A stretch of 64,000 bases of DNA, taken from the NCBI GenBank assembly GCA_038062015.1, contig JBBTXZ010000003.1, positions 7,857 through 71,856 on the forward strand. The letters run 5' to 3'. Source of the stretch: Patescibacteria group bacterium (GTDB lineage Bacteria; Patescibacteriota; Minisyncoccia; 2-02-FULL-40-12). Of the stretch, positions 1 through 9,221 are shown piece by piece (positions within the stretch are counted from its first letter, which is position 1; every line of letters starts with the position of its first letter). The translations under genes and the position numbers were made by a program. A model generated the notes under the pieces. The model was not told the origin of the DNA, searched no databases, and saw only the letters and a program-made list of their open reading frames with translations.

Positions 1-26
1 GAGAGGGCAGAGTTTTTTTAGGAGAG

Positions 27-1805
27 ATGATTAACTATGGTGTCAACTGCGGTCCTGCCCCAACACCTACCCCTAGTCCTTCTCCTACTCCTTCACCAAC
101 ACCCACGCCAACTCCAACCCCTACCTCAAGTCCAACCCCTAGTCCTACCCCTTTTCCTACGCCAACACCTACTCCCACCCCAACCCCAACACCTTTACCT
201 ATCTCAGTAAGCCTAATTGCCAATCCGCCGGTAATCAGAGAGGGGTCAAGCTCAATACTAAGCTGGGTATCTTCAAATGCTAATTCTTGTATTGCTATTG
301 GCGATGGCTGGTTTGGGGTTAGGCCGGTTTCTGGAAATGAAGTTGTGTCGCCAAACCAAACAACTATTTACCGGATAAACTGCACTAATTCGTTTGGTTC
401 TTCAGCCACAGCTCAAACCGTAGTTACGGTTATCAGGGATAATTTAGTCATTGTCGGGCCGACTCTTACTTTAATTGCCAATCCGTCAACAATCAGGCGG
501 AACGAATTATCTATTCTTACTTGGAATACCACAAATGCCACTTCCTGCACTGCTCAAGGCGATGGCTGGTTTGGGGTTAGAAATATTTCCGGCAATGAGA
601 CGGTAGCTTTGAATCAAACCACTACTTTCAGAATGACTTGTTCTAATTCAGCCAGTTCGGCTTCAGCCCAGACGACTGTCAATGTGATAGACGACGGCGG
701 GGGCTTGCCCGGCGTTGATATTACCGCTAACCCAATTAGCATAAACCAAGGGGCAAGCAGCGTTTTAATCTGGAGTTCGGTTAATGCCTCTTCCTGTTTT
801 GCTTCAAATAACTGGTCAGGCTCTAAATCAATTTCAGGCAGCGAAACTGTTACGCCTGCATTTACCGCTACCTATACTATTACTTGCTCTAACAGCCGGG
901 GTTCGGCCTCTGACAGCGTTACAGTGTTTGTTACGTCAACTCCAATAATTGCGCCTCAATCCTTTACGGTTGCCTGTGTTGCTAGTCCATTTGTCGTTTC
1001 AATTGGTCAGGAAACTACTTTAGCTGCCGGCCAAACCGGTGGGATTGAACCAGTAAATTTTGTTTGGGGCGGAATAGTTTCCGGAACCGGAAAAGTGATT
1101 AGACGGGCGATGCATCTTCCAGGCGTTCATACAGTCACAATTACTGCTACGGATGCAACTGGAAGAGTAGCTCGCGGAAGTTGTTTGGTTGACCCGCCAG
1201 CTAAAGCCGCTTCAAATGGCAGCTCCTCAAATAGTAATTCGCTGATTCAAGGAATTAAAAAAGTATTCAGCGGCGAAAAATCTTCAAAGATTAAAACTCC
1301 GACAGGTTTATCTCCCAATGAAAAAGAATACTCAAGTTCAACTTCTTCTGTTAAACTTTCTTGGGATTCAGTTAAAGGAATAAATAATTATGCAGTAAGG
1401 GTTGATTTTACTGGTTCTGAACTTAGAGATTCGAGAAATAACTGTCCGGACAGCCCTCATTATGTCTGTATCAACGGTTTGACTGAAAACAAAATTTCAA
1501 TTGCGGTTAAACCAAGCCAGAAATACAGCTGGTGGGTTCATGCGGTTGATTCTTCGGACAACATAAGCGAACCGGCCTCGGCTTGGTTTACGGTTGAAGC
1601 TAAAGAAACCGGATCAAAAGACAGTTCCTTGGGCAACATTTTCAGCAGCGCCGGAAACAGCATATTTGTTTCGGGATTGGCTGCATTGCTTTTCGTCTTA
1701 GGATATCTATTGGGCAAAAGAAAAAATAGCAGGAGAACAGAATCATTTAATCAATTCAGAATACCGCCTTTGGTTCCGCCGAGCCCGCCCTCTTCAAAAC
1801 AATAA
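27..1805 (+). CDS. Pro/Thr-rich surface protein with repeated Ig/PKD-like beta modules, an FN3-like module and a C-terminal TM anchor; probably 5'-truncated by the window edge
   Basis: PT linker, three repeats of the type L.ANP..I..G.SS.L.W...NA.SC, and a hydrophobic segment [17 protein letters not shown] followed by basic residues. The frame is open back to position 3. Confidence 0.7.
   Translation: MINYGVNCGPAPTPTPSPSPTPSPTPTPTPTPTSSPTPSPTPFPTPTPTPTPTPTPLPISVSLIANPPVIREGSSSILSWVSSNANSCIAIGDGWFGVRPVSGNEVVSPNQTTIYRINCTNSFGSSATAQTVVTVIRDNLVIVGPTLTLIANPSTIRRNELSILTWNTTNATSCTAQGDGWFGVRNISGNETVALNQTTTFRMTCSNSASSASAQTTVNVIDDGGGLPGVDITANPISINQGASSVLIWSSVNASSCFASNNWSGSKSISGSETVTPAFTATYTITCSNSRGSASDSVTVFVTSTPIIAPQSFTVACVASPFVVSIGQETTLAAGQTGGIEPVNFVWGGIVSGTGKVIRRAMHLPGVHTVTITATDATGRVARGSCLVDPPAKAASNGSSSNSNSLIQGIKKVFSGEKSSKIKTPTGLSPNEKEYSSSTSSVKLSWDSVKGINNYAVRVDFTGSELRDSRNNCPDSPHYVCINGLTENKISIAVKPSQKYSWWVHAVDSSDNISEPASAWFTVEAKETGSKDSSLGNIFSSAGNSIFVSGLAALLFVLGYLLGKRKNSRRTESFNQFRIPPLVPPSPPSSKQ
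52..200 (+). repeat. Pro-Thr/Pro-Ser low-complexity coding repeat
   Basis: Degenerate 6-nt period ccN-acN encoding (PT/PS)n. Confidence 0.9.
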
Positions 1806-1894
1806 AATTATTTGCTACAATAAAAACTTCTTTAGAAGCGTAAAATTTCCCGGGCGATCGCCAGAAAGCGATCGAGGACTTGGCGAAGCCTAAT

Positions 1895-1967
1895 GCCGTT
1901 TTCGTCTAGTGGCCCAGGACACTTGCTTCTCATGCAAGAAACACCGGTTCGACTCCGGTAAGCGGCG
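1895..1967 (+). tRNA. tRNA-Glu(CTC), CCA not encoded
   Basis: Acceptor GCCGTTT/AAGCGGC, anticodon arm CTTGC-TTCTCAT-GCAAG, T arm ACCGG-TTCGACT-CCGGT. Confidence 0.95.
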
Positions 1968-1981
1968 CTAAATAAAAAATT

Positions 1982-2293
1982 ATGAATTTAGCAGTCATCA
2001 AAACCGGCGGGAAACAATACATTGTTTCCGAGGGCCAAAAATTAAAGATTGAAAAATTAAACCAAAACGAAGGCGACGAATTTGAGTTTGATAAAGTTTT
2101 GCTTTTTGCCAACGGAGAGGAGATAAAAATCGGCCAGCCCTATATTGATGGGGTGAAAATTAAGGCTAAGGTTTTAAAGCAGGGCAGGGGAGAGAAGAAG
2201 ATTGTTTTCAGATACAAGAACAAAACCCGCTATAAAAAGAAAAAGGGGCATCGCCAGCCCTTCACCGAAGTTGAGATTTTAAGTATTTCGTAG
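1982..2293 (+). CDS. rplU: 50S ribosomal protein L21
   Basis: AVIKTGGKQY...KKKGHRQPFT motifs. Confidence 0.97.
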   Translation: MNLAVIKTGGKQYIVSEGQKLKIEKLNQNEGDEFEFDKVLLFANGEEIKIGQPYIDGVKIKAKVLKQGRGEKKIVFRYKNKTRYKKKKGHRQPFTEVEILSIS

Positions 2294-2300
2294 TTTGCGA

Positions 2301-2365
2301 AAAGTTGCTCTCGGCACAGTCGATTTCTTCTCTTGAGACACTTCTTGGAAATGGCGCGCTACTTT
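2301..2365 (-). repeat. Partial (3'-arm) copy of the dispersed structured element, just after the rplU stop
   Basis: 2322-2355 is the exact reverse complement of 3411-3444 (34 bp); the match extends to 44 bp with 2 mismatches. Confidence 0.85.
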
Positions 2366-2435
2366 CTATAATTCTTTACGCCCTCTGATTTTAAATACCT
2401 TAGGAAACCCTTGAAAAATGTGGGTTTTTGAGGGA

Positions 2436-2464
2436 TTGACAAATAGTTTATTAGGGTGTATAAT
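2436..2464 (+). promoter_or_regulatory. Consensus sigma70 promoter
   Basis: TTGACA-N17-TATAAT upstream of the orphan ORF. Confidence 0.8.
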
Positions 2465-2496
2465 TAAGATATAATTAAACGGCACCTTAATATATG

Positions 2497-2572
2497 ATAT
2501 CTGCGGTAGCAAAGAGTTCTTAGGCATATTCAATTAAAACTAAAAGTCAGGATTCTTTGTTGTCGCAGATAT
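2497..2572 (+). other. Long 5'-leader hairpin
   Basis: 2497-2520 pairs with 2549-2572: 24 contiguous pairs including 5 G-U, 28-nt loop. Confidence 0.7.
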
Positions 2573-2618
2573 GGAAAGAGTCAAAAAGATTGGGCATTTT
2601 GCGCAAAAGGAGGGAGTG

Positions 2619-3116
2619 ATGAAGAGAGAAACCTTGTATTTGCTAGCGGCCGTTTTCTTGGCAGCAAGTGTTGGTGCAGGTGTTGGTTTTCTATATCCTT
2701 TGATTCTTCCACCTCCGTCTCAGTCTGTAGAAGAGACATACGCTTCAACGGTCGAGTTCGAGGGTCTAAAGAGAGACGTTTCTAATCTCTACGATCGGAT
2801 CAGCGAGCTTGAAAAGGAAATTGAAACAAATCCTGATTTCTTTATCCGGCGGATGGATCGGGATCTGGATTTGCTCGAAAAAGGGCAAAATCCACACGGC
2901 AGTTTCTCGGACTACTTTGTTCCGAATGCCATGGCGGCCTTGAAAGCCGGAGCTGCGAAGAAAGAAGTGTTAACGAGGCTTGAACGAGTAGTTGCTCTGG
3001 CCGAGAAAAAGGTCTACTTGAGTAGTTACGTCGGTCAGCTTGTCCGGGAGGGCGGGATCGAAGCCGTACGCTCTTACATAGAGGGTGCGACGGGCTTACG
3101 TCTTTCCCGTCCATAG
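2619..3116 (+). CDS. Hypothetical membrane-anchored protein with a short coiled coil (alternative start 2571)
   Basis: AAGGAGG 5 nt before ATG 2619, N-terminal TM helix, own promoter and terminator. Confidence 0.7.
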   Translation: MKRETLYLLAAVFLAASVGAGVGFLYPLILPPPSQSVEETYASTVEFEGLKRDVSNLYDRISELEKEIETNPDFFIRRMDRDLDLLEKGQNPHGSFSDYFVPNAMAALKAGAAKKEVLTRLERVVALAEKKVYLSSYVGQLVREGGIEAVRSYIEGATGLRLSRP

Positions 3117-3129
3117 TTATGTTCATTTT

Positions 3130-3191
3130 CGTCCCCGCAGGAGCAATTCATCGGTTATACCGGAAACGCTCCTGCGGGGCGTTTTTTTGTT
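3130..3191 (+). terminator. Intrinsic terminator
   Basis: ccccgcaggagc/gctcctgcgggg stem followed by a T tract. Confidence 0.75.
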
Positions 3192-3241
3192 TAGTATGAC
3201 GAGACCTTGCCGAGATGGAATCTTCTAATAAAGTATTGGGA

Positions 3242-3454
3242 GGGCATGACTGATTTCTGAACCTGAGGGTGTCTTGAGAAATGGCCGCTATCTTTACGCA
3301 GTCCCCATGCGAGTTCCCACAGGGACGAGCTGGGATGTTCTGACAAATTGCCGTTAACAAATCTATGGTGGAGGTATCCTGATTTGTCGGCAATTCAAGT
3401 AAAGTGGCGTGCCATTTCCAAGAAGTGTCTCAAGAGAAGAAATCAGTCATGCCC
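3242..3454 (+). ncRNA. Dispersed structured element, full copy 1 (candidate ncRNA or ssDNA hairpin element)
   Basis: Perfect 17-bp closing stem (3242-3258/3438-3454), internal bubble, second stem, apical hairpin aattgccg...cggcaatt; homologous to 10863-11065 and 31192-31382. Confidence 0.6.
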
Positions 3455-3457
3455 GAG

Positions 3458-4804
3458 CTATATATTCTTCGCCAAATTCTTAAAACTCACTTCTTCTTCA
3501 TCGAAATAAAGCTCAACCGCACCGGTGGGTCCGTTGCGGTGTTTGGCAATAATAATTTCGGCGATATTTTTTCTGTCCGAATCATGGTGCCTTACTTTAT
3601 CTTCCCGATGGATGAACATTACTAAATCAGCGGCCTGTTCAATCCCGCCTGATTCTCTTAAATCCGAAAGCCGAGGTCTCTGGTCTGGCCTTGCTTCAAC
3701 TGCCCGGGATAACTGCGAAACGGCGATAATCGGGATATTCAGCTCCCGGGCCAAAGCTTTCAGGGAATTAGCCACGTCCGTCACCTGCTGGACATAACCT
3801 TCAATGTCGCTTCTGGGCTGGACTAACTGTAAGTAATCAATCACTAAAAGCCCGAGTTCGTTTTTGGCTTTTAACCGTCTGGCCATGGCTCTGATCTGTA
3901 AAACCGTGGGCGAAGGCGCGTCATCTATAAAGATAGAAACTTTTGATAAGCTATCCAAAGCCAGAGAAATTTTCGAAAAATCATTGAAGTCGCCCGAGCT
4001 GGTCAAGTGGCCAGTTCTTAATTTCCAAAGGCTCACCCCGGCTTCGGCTGATAAAATTCTATCTATCACCTGGTCTTTGGACATTTCCAGACTAAATAGT
4101 CCAACGCCGGCATTTTCTTTTTTGGCGATATTCCTAACCATATCCAAAGCCAAAGATGTTTTTCCAAGCGAGGGCCTTGCTCCAAGAATGATCAAATCCG
4201 AACGTTGAAGCCCAGCCAGTATATTATCCAAATCCACAAAGCCGGTTGAAAGGCCTCGCAAGGCGCCGTCCCCCCGATGAAGCCTTTCCAGCCGTTCAAA
4301 AGCTTCGTGGAGCTCCTCTTTCAAAGCTGTAAATTCCTGAGTTAAGGAGCGTTGGGAAACAGAGAAAAGATTTTGTTCAGCCTGATCCAGAATTTTTTCA
4401 ATACTTTCGTCTTCCTGATGGCCGAGGGCCGTAATTTTGTGGGCCGAATCTATCAAGTCCCGCAAAATTTTCTTGCGCCGGATTATTTTTCCATAATTTA
4501 ATATGTGGGCTGAAGTCGGCGTGGCGCTTAGAAGAGAAGTAAGGTAAGACGCTCCGCCGGCATTTTCAAGCTCGTCGCCTTCTTCAAGCTTGTTTGAAAC
4601 AGTCAAAATATCTATAGGTTCGTTTTTTTCCAAAAGGCTGACCATTGCTTTGAAAATCAGGTGGTTTTGGCGGGCGTAAAAATCATCGGGCCTTAAAATA
4701 TCAATTATTTTTTCAATTGAGCCTTTATCAATTAAAATAGAGCCCAAAACAGATTTTTCGGCTTCAAGGTTTTGGGGCGGAAGCTTGTCGGGAAGATTAG
4801 CCAT
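3458..4804 (-). CDS. dnaB: Replicative DNA helicase
   Basis: LPPQNLEAE N-terminus, Walker A GARPSLGKT, SLEM, DYLQL, LSDLRESGGIEQ. Confidence 0.97.
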   Translation of the reverse strand: MANLPDKLPPQNLEAEKSVLGSILIDKGSIEKIIDILRPDDFYARQNHLIFKAMVSLLEKNEPIDILTVSNKLEEGDELENAGGASYLTSLLSATPTSAHILNYGKIIRRKKILRDLIDSAHKITALGHQEDESIEKILDQAEQNLFSVSQRSLTQEFTALKEELHEAFERLERLHRGDGALRGLSTGFVDLDNILAGLQRSDLIILGARPSLGKTSLALDMVRNIAKKENAGVGLFSLEMSKDQVIDRILSAEAGVSLWKLRTGHLTSSGDFNDFSKISLALDSLSKVSIFIDDAPSPTVLQIRAMARRLKAKNELGLLVIDYLQLVQPRSDIEGYVQQVTDVANSLKALARELNIPIIAVSQLSRAVEARPDQRPRLSDLRESGGIEQAADLVMFIHREDKVRHHDSDRKNIAEIIIAKHRNGPTGAVELYFDEEEVSFKNLAKNI

Positions 4805-4876
4805 GGAGGTATGATAAATGTCTAATTTTAATGAGACAAGGGATAATCTGTGGAGATAACTTATCTTTTTTTACTT

Positions 4877-6283
4877 TTAGCTTTTACTTTTTAACTTTAC
4901 TAGTGGCCCGTAAGGAGTGTCTTCAATGGAATATCCCAAGGCCTGGATCTCATCCCTGGCTTTGTCGGCTTCAAGCCAGGCCTTTTCTTTTCTTAATGTT
5001 TCACGTTTTTCAACCAATTGTAAAATATCGGTAATTTTTAGCCATTCGTCTGGTAAAACCCCTAGAATATCTCTTCCTATCCAATTTAATAATTTTTTGA
5101 TCTCAACCGCCTGTTTTTTTGATATCAAGCCGCTGGATAGAAGTTTGTTTATTTCTTTGATAAAATTGAATAATTCCGAAAGCGCTAGGGGAGTATTAAA
5201 ATCGTTGTCTAATGCACTCTCTATTTTCTCTTTATATTCTTCTATTAATTCTTGCACTCTAGTTATTTCTGTTTCTTTCGGTAAGTCCAGATTTCCAGGA
5301 GTAAGCTTCCAATCAAGCTCGAAAATCCTTTGCACTGCCGCCTCTGATTGTTTCAATAAATTTTCTCTATACTCAACAGGAGAACGGTAGTGAGCATTTA
5401 TAGCCATAAAACGTAGCGATTCGGAAGAATACTTCTTCAGAATGTTTTGGATAGTTATAGTATTTTTGAGTGATTTAGACATTTTTTGGCCATTTATTGT
5501 CACAAGTCCGGAATGAAGCCAGTATTTCACGAAAGGTTTTTTACCAGAGGCGGCTTCTTGTTGAGTAATTTCTGCTTCGTGATGAGGAAATATTAAATCC
5601 TGGCCGCCGCCATGAATATCGTACTGCTGACCCAAATATTTTTCAGTTATAGCTGTATCTTCAATATGCCAGCCAGGTCGGCCAAAACCAAAAGGGCTAC
5701 TCCAACCAGGTTTTCCGGACTCTGATATTCGCCATAAGACAAAGTCGCCTTTATTTCTTTTACTGACCGATTCATCAACTCTGGAAACTGCGTCCTCGGC
5801 CTGCTGGACAGTCCTCTTAGATAATTTTCCGTAGCCTTCAAATTTTGAAATGTCAAAATAAATACCTTCCTCAATTTTGTAAGCATATCCTTTATCAAGC
5901 AGGGTTTGGATTTGTTTAATAATTTCTTTTATGTGGTCAGTGGCTCTGGCTATTTTATTTATACTGTTGATGTTAAGATTTTTAATATCCTCTAAAAAAC
6001 TTGTTTCATAAAGTTTAGCTATATCTTCCCAAGGTTTATTTTCCTGTTTCGCACGGTCAATTATTCTATCATCGATGTCCGTTATATTAAGTACAAAATT
6101 AACTTTATATCCTTTATAGCGTAGGTATTTTACAAAAACATCAAATATAACATAGGTTCTAATATGACCAATGTGTGAAAAATCATATACAGTAGGACCG
6201 CAGACAAAAAGATTAACCTTTTTATTTTTAAATGGCTCAAAAAGCTCTTTTTTAGCCGAAAGTGTATTATAAATTTGAATCAT
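4877..6283 (-). CDS. cysS: Cysteine--tRNA ligase
   Basis: CGPTVY, HIGH, GRPGWHIE, HGGGQDLIFPHH, KMSKS. Confidence 0.97.
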   Translation of the reverse strand: MIQIYNTLSAKKELFEPFKNKKVNLFVCGPTVYDFSHIGHIRTYVIFDVFVKYLRYKGYKVNFVLNITDIDDRIIDRAKQENKPWEDIAKLYETSFLEDIKNLNINSINKIARATDHIKEIIKQIQTLLDKGYAYKIEEGIYFDISKFEGYGKLSKRTVQQAEDAVSRVDESVSKRNKGDFVLWRISESGKPGWSSPFGFGRPGWHIEDTAITEKYLGQQYDIHGGGQDLIFPHHEAEITQQEAASGKKPFVKYWLHSGLVTINGQKMSKSLKNTITIQNILKKYSSESLRFMAINAHYRSPVEYRENLLKQSEAAVQRIFELDWKLTPGNLDLPKETEITRVQELIEEYKEKIESALDNDFNTPLALSELFNFIKEINKLLSSGLISKKQAVEIKKLLNWIGRDILGVLPDEWLKITDILQLVEKRETLRKEKAWLEADKARDEIQALGYSIEDTPYGPLVKLKSKS

Positions 6284-6339
6284 AAATAGACTAGTCTAAT
6301 TTTATTTTAACAATATTTATTATATATATATTAAAGGAA

Positions 6340-6363
6340 GAGGTCTCCGCCCTCGGAGACCTC
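6340..6363 (-). terminator. Terminator-like hairpin
   Basis: gaggtctccg/cggagacctc 10-bp stem after the stop of 6389..6928; pyrimidine tract on the minus strand. Confidence 0.6.
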
Positions 6364-6388
6364 AAGTGGAATTTGGCTGATCTGGAAG

Positions 6389-6928
6389 TTAGTCAGCGCA
6401 GTAACAACATGACTGGTTGTTCGTTGTTGTCTTCCAGAACAAGCTGTCGGGCGGACCGAAGTACTGCGTGTACCTCGCTATGGTGCCGCTGAGATAATCA
6501 GGCATCAGTGCTATGTTTTCTTCTTCGCTGACAGTGGGTCCGTGATGGATGAACTGTCCGCTCGCGACTTCTGAACAGAACTTGTGGTAGTTTCGTGTGT
6601 TCAGCACGGCCATGTGCCAGAAATCGTCGACATCCTTGGACATCGGAAGGCACTGATCTGGATGCATGATGCGAAGGAACAAGTATTTCTTGAACTCTTG
6701 ATCCATCGCTACAGCTACATCTGGTTCGTAGCCCAGTCGGTTGATGACCAGAAGTCTTTCTCTGGAGAAGTCGAATTCACACACTCTTTTGAAGAGAATG
6801 CGAGCCGCCTCTGGCGCACCTGGCCTCAATTTAGAAAACAACGAGTTACTCCTCGAGTCGACGGGTAACTCCCTTACAATGCAGCTACTGTCATGACTCA
6901 ACCTCCTAAAGAACTGGTTTTGCAACAA
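6389..6928 (-). CDS. Glycine-rich-domain-protein-like (GRDP/DUF1399-like) hypothetical protein; start uncertain, possibly a TTG near 6840
   Basis: EFKKYLFL...PMSKDVDDFWH...TRNYHKFC...FIHHGP pattern typical of that family; higher GC than flanks. Confidence 0.65.
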   Translation of the reverse strand: MLQNQFFRRLSHDSSCIVRELPVDSRSNSLFSKLRPGAPEAARILFKRVCEFDFSRERLLVINRLGYEPDVAVAMDQEFKKYLFLRIMHPDQCLPMSKDVDDFWHMAVLNTRNYHKFCSEVASGQFIHHGPTVSEEENIALMPDYLSGTIARYTQYFGPPDSLFWKTTTNNQSCCYCAD

Positions 6929-7101
6929 CTATGTTGTTTGTGTTGCCTTAAAATAATAATATAATTACTCAGCTAATTGAGTCAAGAGTAATCATAAACT
7001 GTCGGCCCGCATACAAAAATATCGACGTTTTTGCCTTTTATCGGCGAAAATTCTTCTTTTTGTCCGCTTAGAGTGTTTAAAAGTTTAAACATTTTTTTAA
7101 T

Positions 7102-8358
7102 TTAAATCGTGAAAAAAACAATAACCGCCGCGCTCATAAAAAGCAAAGCAATATAACCCAAGAGATTAGAAAATCTTCCGTTGGTGTATGAACCCATGAT
7201 TTTTTTATTATTGGAAATCAGAAGAATAGTTAAGATCAGGGGAGGCAGGACTAAGCCATGGAAGAAAGCGGTGTAGAATAGGAGCCTCACCGGATTAAAG
7301 CCGGCGTAGTTTAAAAACAGAGCCAAAGCGGTTGAAACAATAATTACCAAATAAAATCCCTTTGCTTTTTTGAATTTTTTATCAAGCCCGAGCGGCCAGC
7401 CGAATGTTTCCGAAAGAATATAAGCCGAGCCGGCGGTCAGTATCGGAATTATCAAAAAGCCGGTGCCGATAATTCCGAGAGTAAAAACCAGCTGACCCAA
7501 ATCGCCGAGAAGCGGCTTTAAAAGCTGGGAAATTTCCTCGATGGTCTGAATTTTTATGTTAGTGCCGAAAAATAAAGTCGCTGCCAGAATCATTATGAAA
7601 AACTTGATCAGGTTTGAAAAAAACATTCCAAAAGTGATGTCGCCGGCCATATGCTTGATTTCTTTTTCAAGTTTTTTATCACTGTGAAAATCGTGGTTGT
7701 GGCGATGTTCTTTTTCTTCAAAAGCTTCCTGACTGGTCTGCCAGAAAAACATATAAGGGGCTAAGGTAGTGCCGAATATGGCGATGATTATAGAAATTGT
7801 CTCTTGGTTTAAAATTAAATTCGGGAAAGCGATTTTTCTAAAAATTTCAGGCCAGTCGTGGGATATCATTAAAGCCGCGGCTATATAGAAAAAAAGGGTT
7901 AATGCCAGCCATTTGAAGTATTTTATTATTTTTTTAAAATCCCAGGAGATTATCAAAAGAATTATTATTAAAGCATAGACGATGTCGAGCGCCCTCACCG
8001 GCACTCTCGGGATTATAAGATTTGTGGCAGCGCTCATTCCGGAAAGATCAGCTCCGATATTCAAGACATTAGTGGAAGCCATTATTATCACAATCAAGCC
8101 AAGAAGCCATCGGGAGTAATATTTTTTTAAAACTCCGGCCAAACCCATTTTGGTGACTATACCTATCCGGGCCGACATTTCCTGAACCGCGGTCATCAAA
8201 GGAAAAGTGAAAAAAGCGGTCCATAGAGAAGAAAAACCGAGCCGCGTTCCGGCAATAGTGTAAGTAGTAATGGCGGCGGCGTCGTCATCGGATGCTCCCG
8301 AAATGAATCCGGCTCCTAGATATTTCCAAAACTTCTTTATCCCCTTTACAAAACCCAT
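7102..8358 (-). CDS. NRAMP-family divalent metal transporter
   Basis: GAGFISGASDDD, QEMSARIGIVT, FGTTLAPY motifs; multiple TM helices. Confidence 0.85.
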   Translation of the reverse strand: MGFVKGIKKFWKYLGAGFISGASDDDAAAITTYTIAGTRLGFSSLWTAFFTFPLMTAVQEMSARIGIVTKMGLAGVLKKYYSRWLLGLIVIIMASTNVLNIGADLSGMSAATNLIIPRVPVRALDIVYALIIILLIISWDFKKIIKYFKWLALTLFFYIAAALMISHDWPEIFRKIAFPNLILNQETISIIIAIFGTTLAPYMFFWQTSQEAFEEKEHRHNHDFHSDKKLEKEIKHMAGDITFGMFFSNLIKFFIMILAATLFFGTNIKIQTIEEISQLLKPLLGDLGQLVFTLGIIGTGFLIIPILTAGSAYILSETFGWPLGLDKKFKKAKGFYLVIIVSTALALFLNYAGFNPVRLLFYTAFFHGLVLPPLILTILLISNNKKIMGSYTNGRFSNLLGYIALLFMSAAVIVFFTI

Positions 8359-8606
8359 TATATTTTTTTCTCAATTTGTTTTATTTCAATTTTTAAAAAT
8401 TTCATTATTTTTTTCCAAAAATTCGGATGGTCCACAATCAACTCGCTTAAAATTGCAAATGGGATGACAAATAAAAATATTCTTCCCAAAACAGCCGGGG
8501 TGATACCGGCGCCAGCTCCGTATTTGACGGCAATCAGATTATCTAAAGTATTGAAAATCAAACCGAATATCAGGAATTCGATTAGCCTCAATTTTCTTAT
8601 AGTCAT
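8358..8606 (-). CDS. Small membrane protein
   Basis: Two TM helices; stop overlaps the next start. Confidence 0.6.
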   Translation of the reverse strand: MTIRKLRLIEFLIFGLIFNTLDNLIAVKYGAGAGITPAVLGRIFLFVIPFAILSELIVDHPNFWKKIMKFLKIEIKQIEKKI

Positions 8607-8633
8607 TGTCTTAATTCTATTATAAAATATAAG

Positions 8634-9203
8634 TTATTTTTTCTCCACCCGCTCAGCGTATTCGCCAGTTTGGGTGTTTATCCGGATTATGTCGCCTTCT
8701 TCGATGAAAAGAGGAGTATTGATTAGAGCGCCGGTTTCCAGTTTGATCTGCTTAGTGCCGCCTTGGGCGGTATTACCGCGGACTGATGGCGGGGCTTCAA
8801 TAACTTTAAAATCCATTTTAACCGGCAGTTCTATATTTATGATTTTACCATTAAAAAGCAGGCTGGAAATCAAAGTATTAGGTTTTAAAAAATGCGAAGA
8901 TTCGCCAATAATATCTTCGCCAAGCTTGAACCTTTTTACCGGCTCATCAATTTCCGAAAACCAGAATTCGCCCCGGTGGAAATATAAAAATTTAACCTCT
9001 TTTTTTTGGATGTCAGCCTCTTCGAAATAATCGGACTGCTGGAAATTCCTTTCAACGGTTTTCCCAGTCAGAAGATTTTTTATCTTAGTCTGCATCACCG
9101 GCCGGCGCTGCTGCATTTTTAAATGCTGGGAAAACAAAACCTCAAAGGGCTGCCCTTCTAAAATAAAAAAAATCCCGGTTCTTAAATCATTCATTCCGAG
9201 CAT
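8634..9203 (-). CDS. efp: Elongation factor P
   Basis: RGNTAQGGTK, LETG, PLFIEEGD...INTQTGEYAER. Confidence 0.95.
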   Translation of the reverse strand: MLGMNDLRTGIFFILEGQPFEVLFSQHLKMQQRRPVMQTKIKNLLTGKTVERNFQQSDYFEEADIQKKEVKFLYFHRGEFWFSEIDEPVKRFKLGEDIIGESSHFLKPNTLISSLLFNGKIINIELPVKMDFKVIEAPPSVRGNTAQGGTKQIKLETGALINTPLFIEEGDIIRINTQTGEYAERVEKK

Positions 9204-9221
9204 AAAAATAGAACTTAGAAT

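Noticed and set aside
3148-3393. ORFs 3148..3393(-), 3404..3625(+), 11038..11295(+), 18158..18469(+) and 31103..31309(-)
   Set aside because: They are read-throughs of the structured elements or antisense to real genes. The shared peptide similarity between 3148..3393 and 31103..31309 is explained by the DNA repeat, and the frame is not preserved in copy 2.
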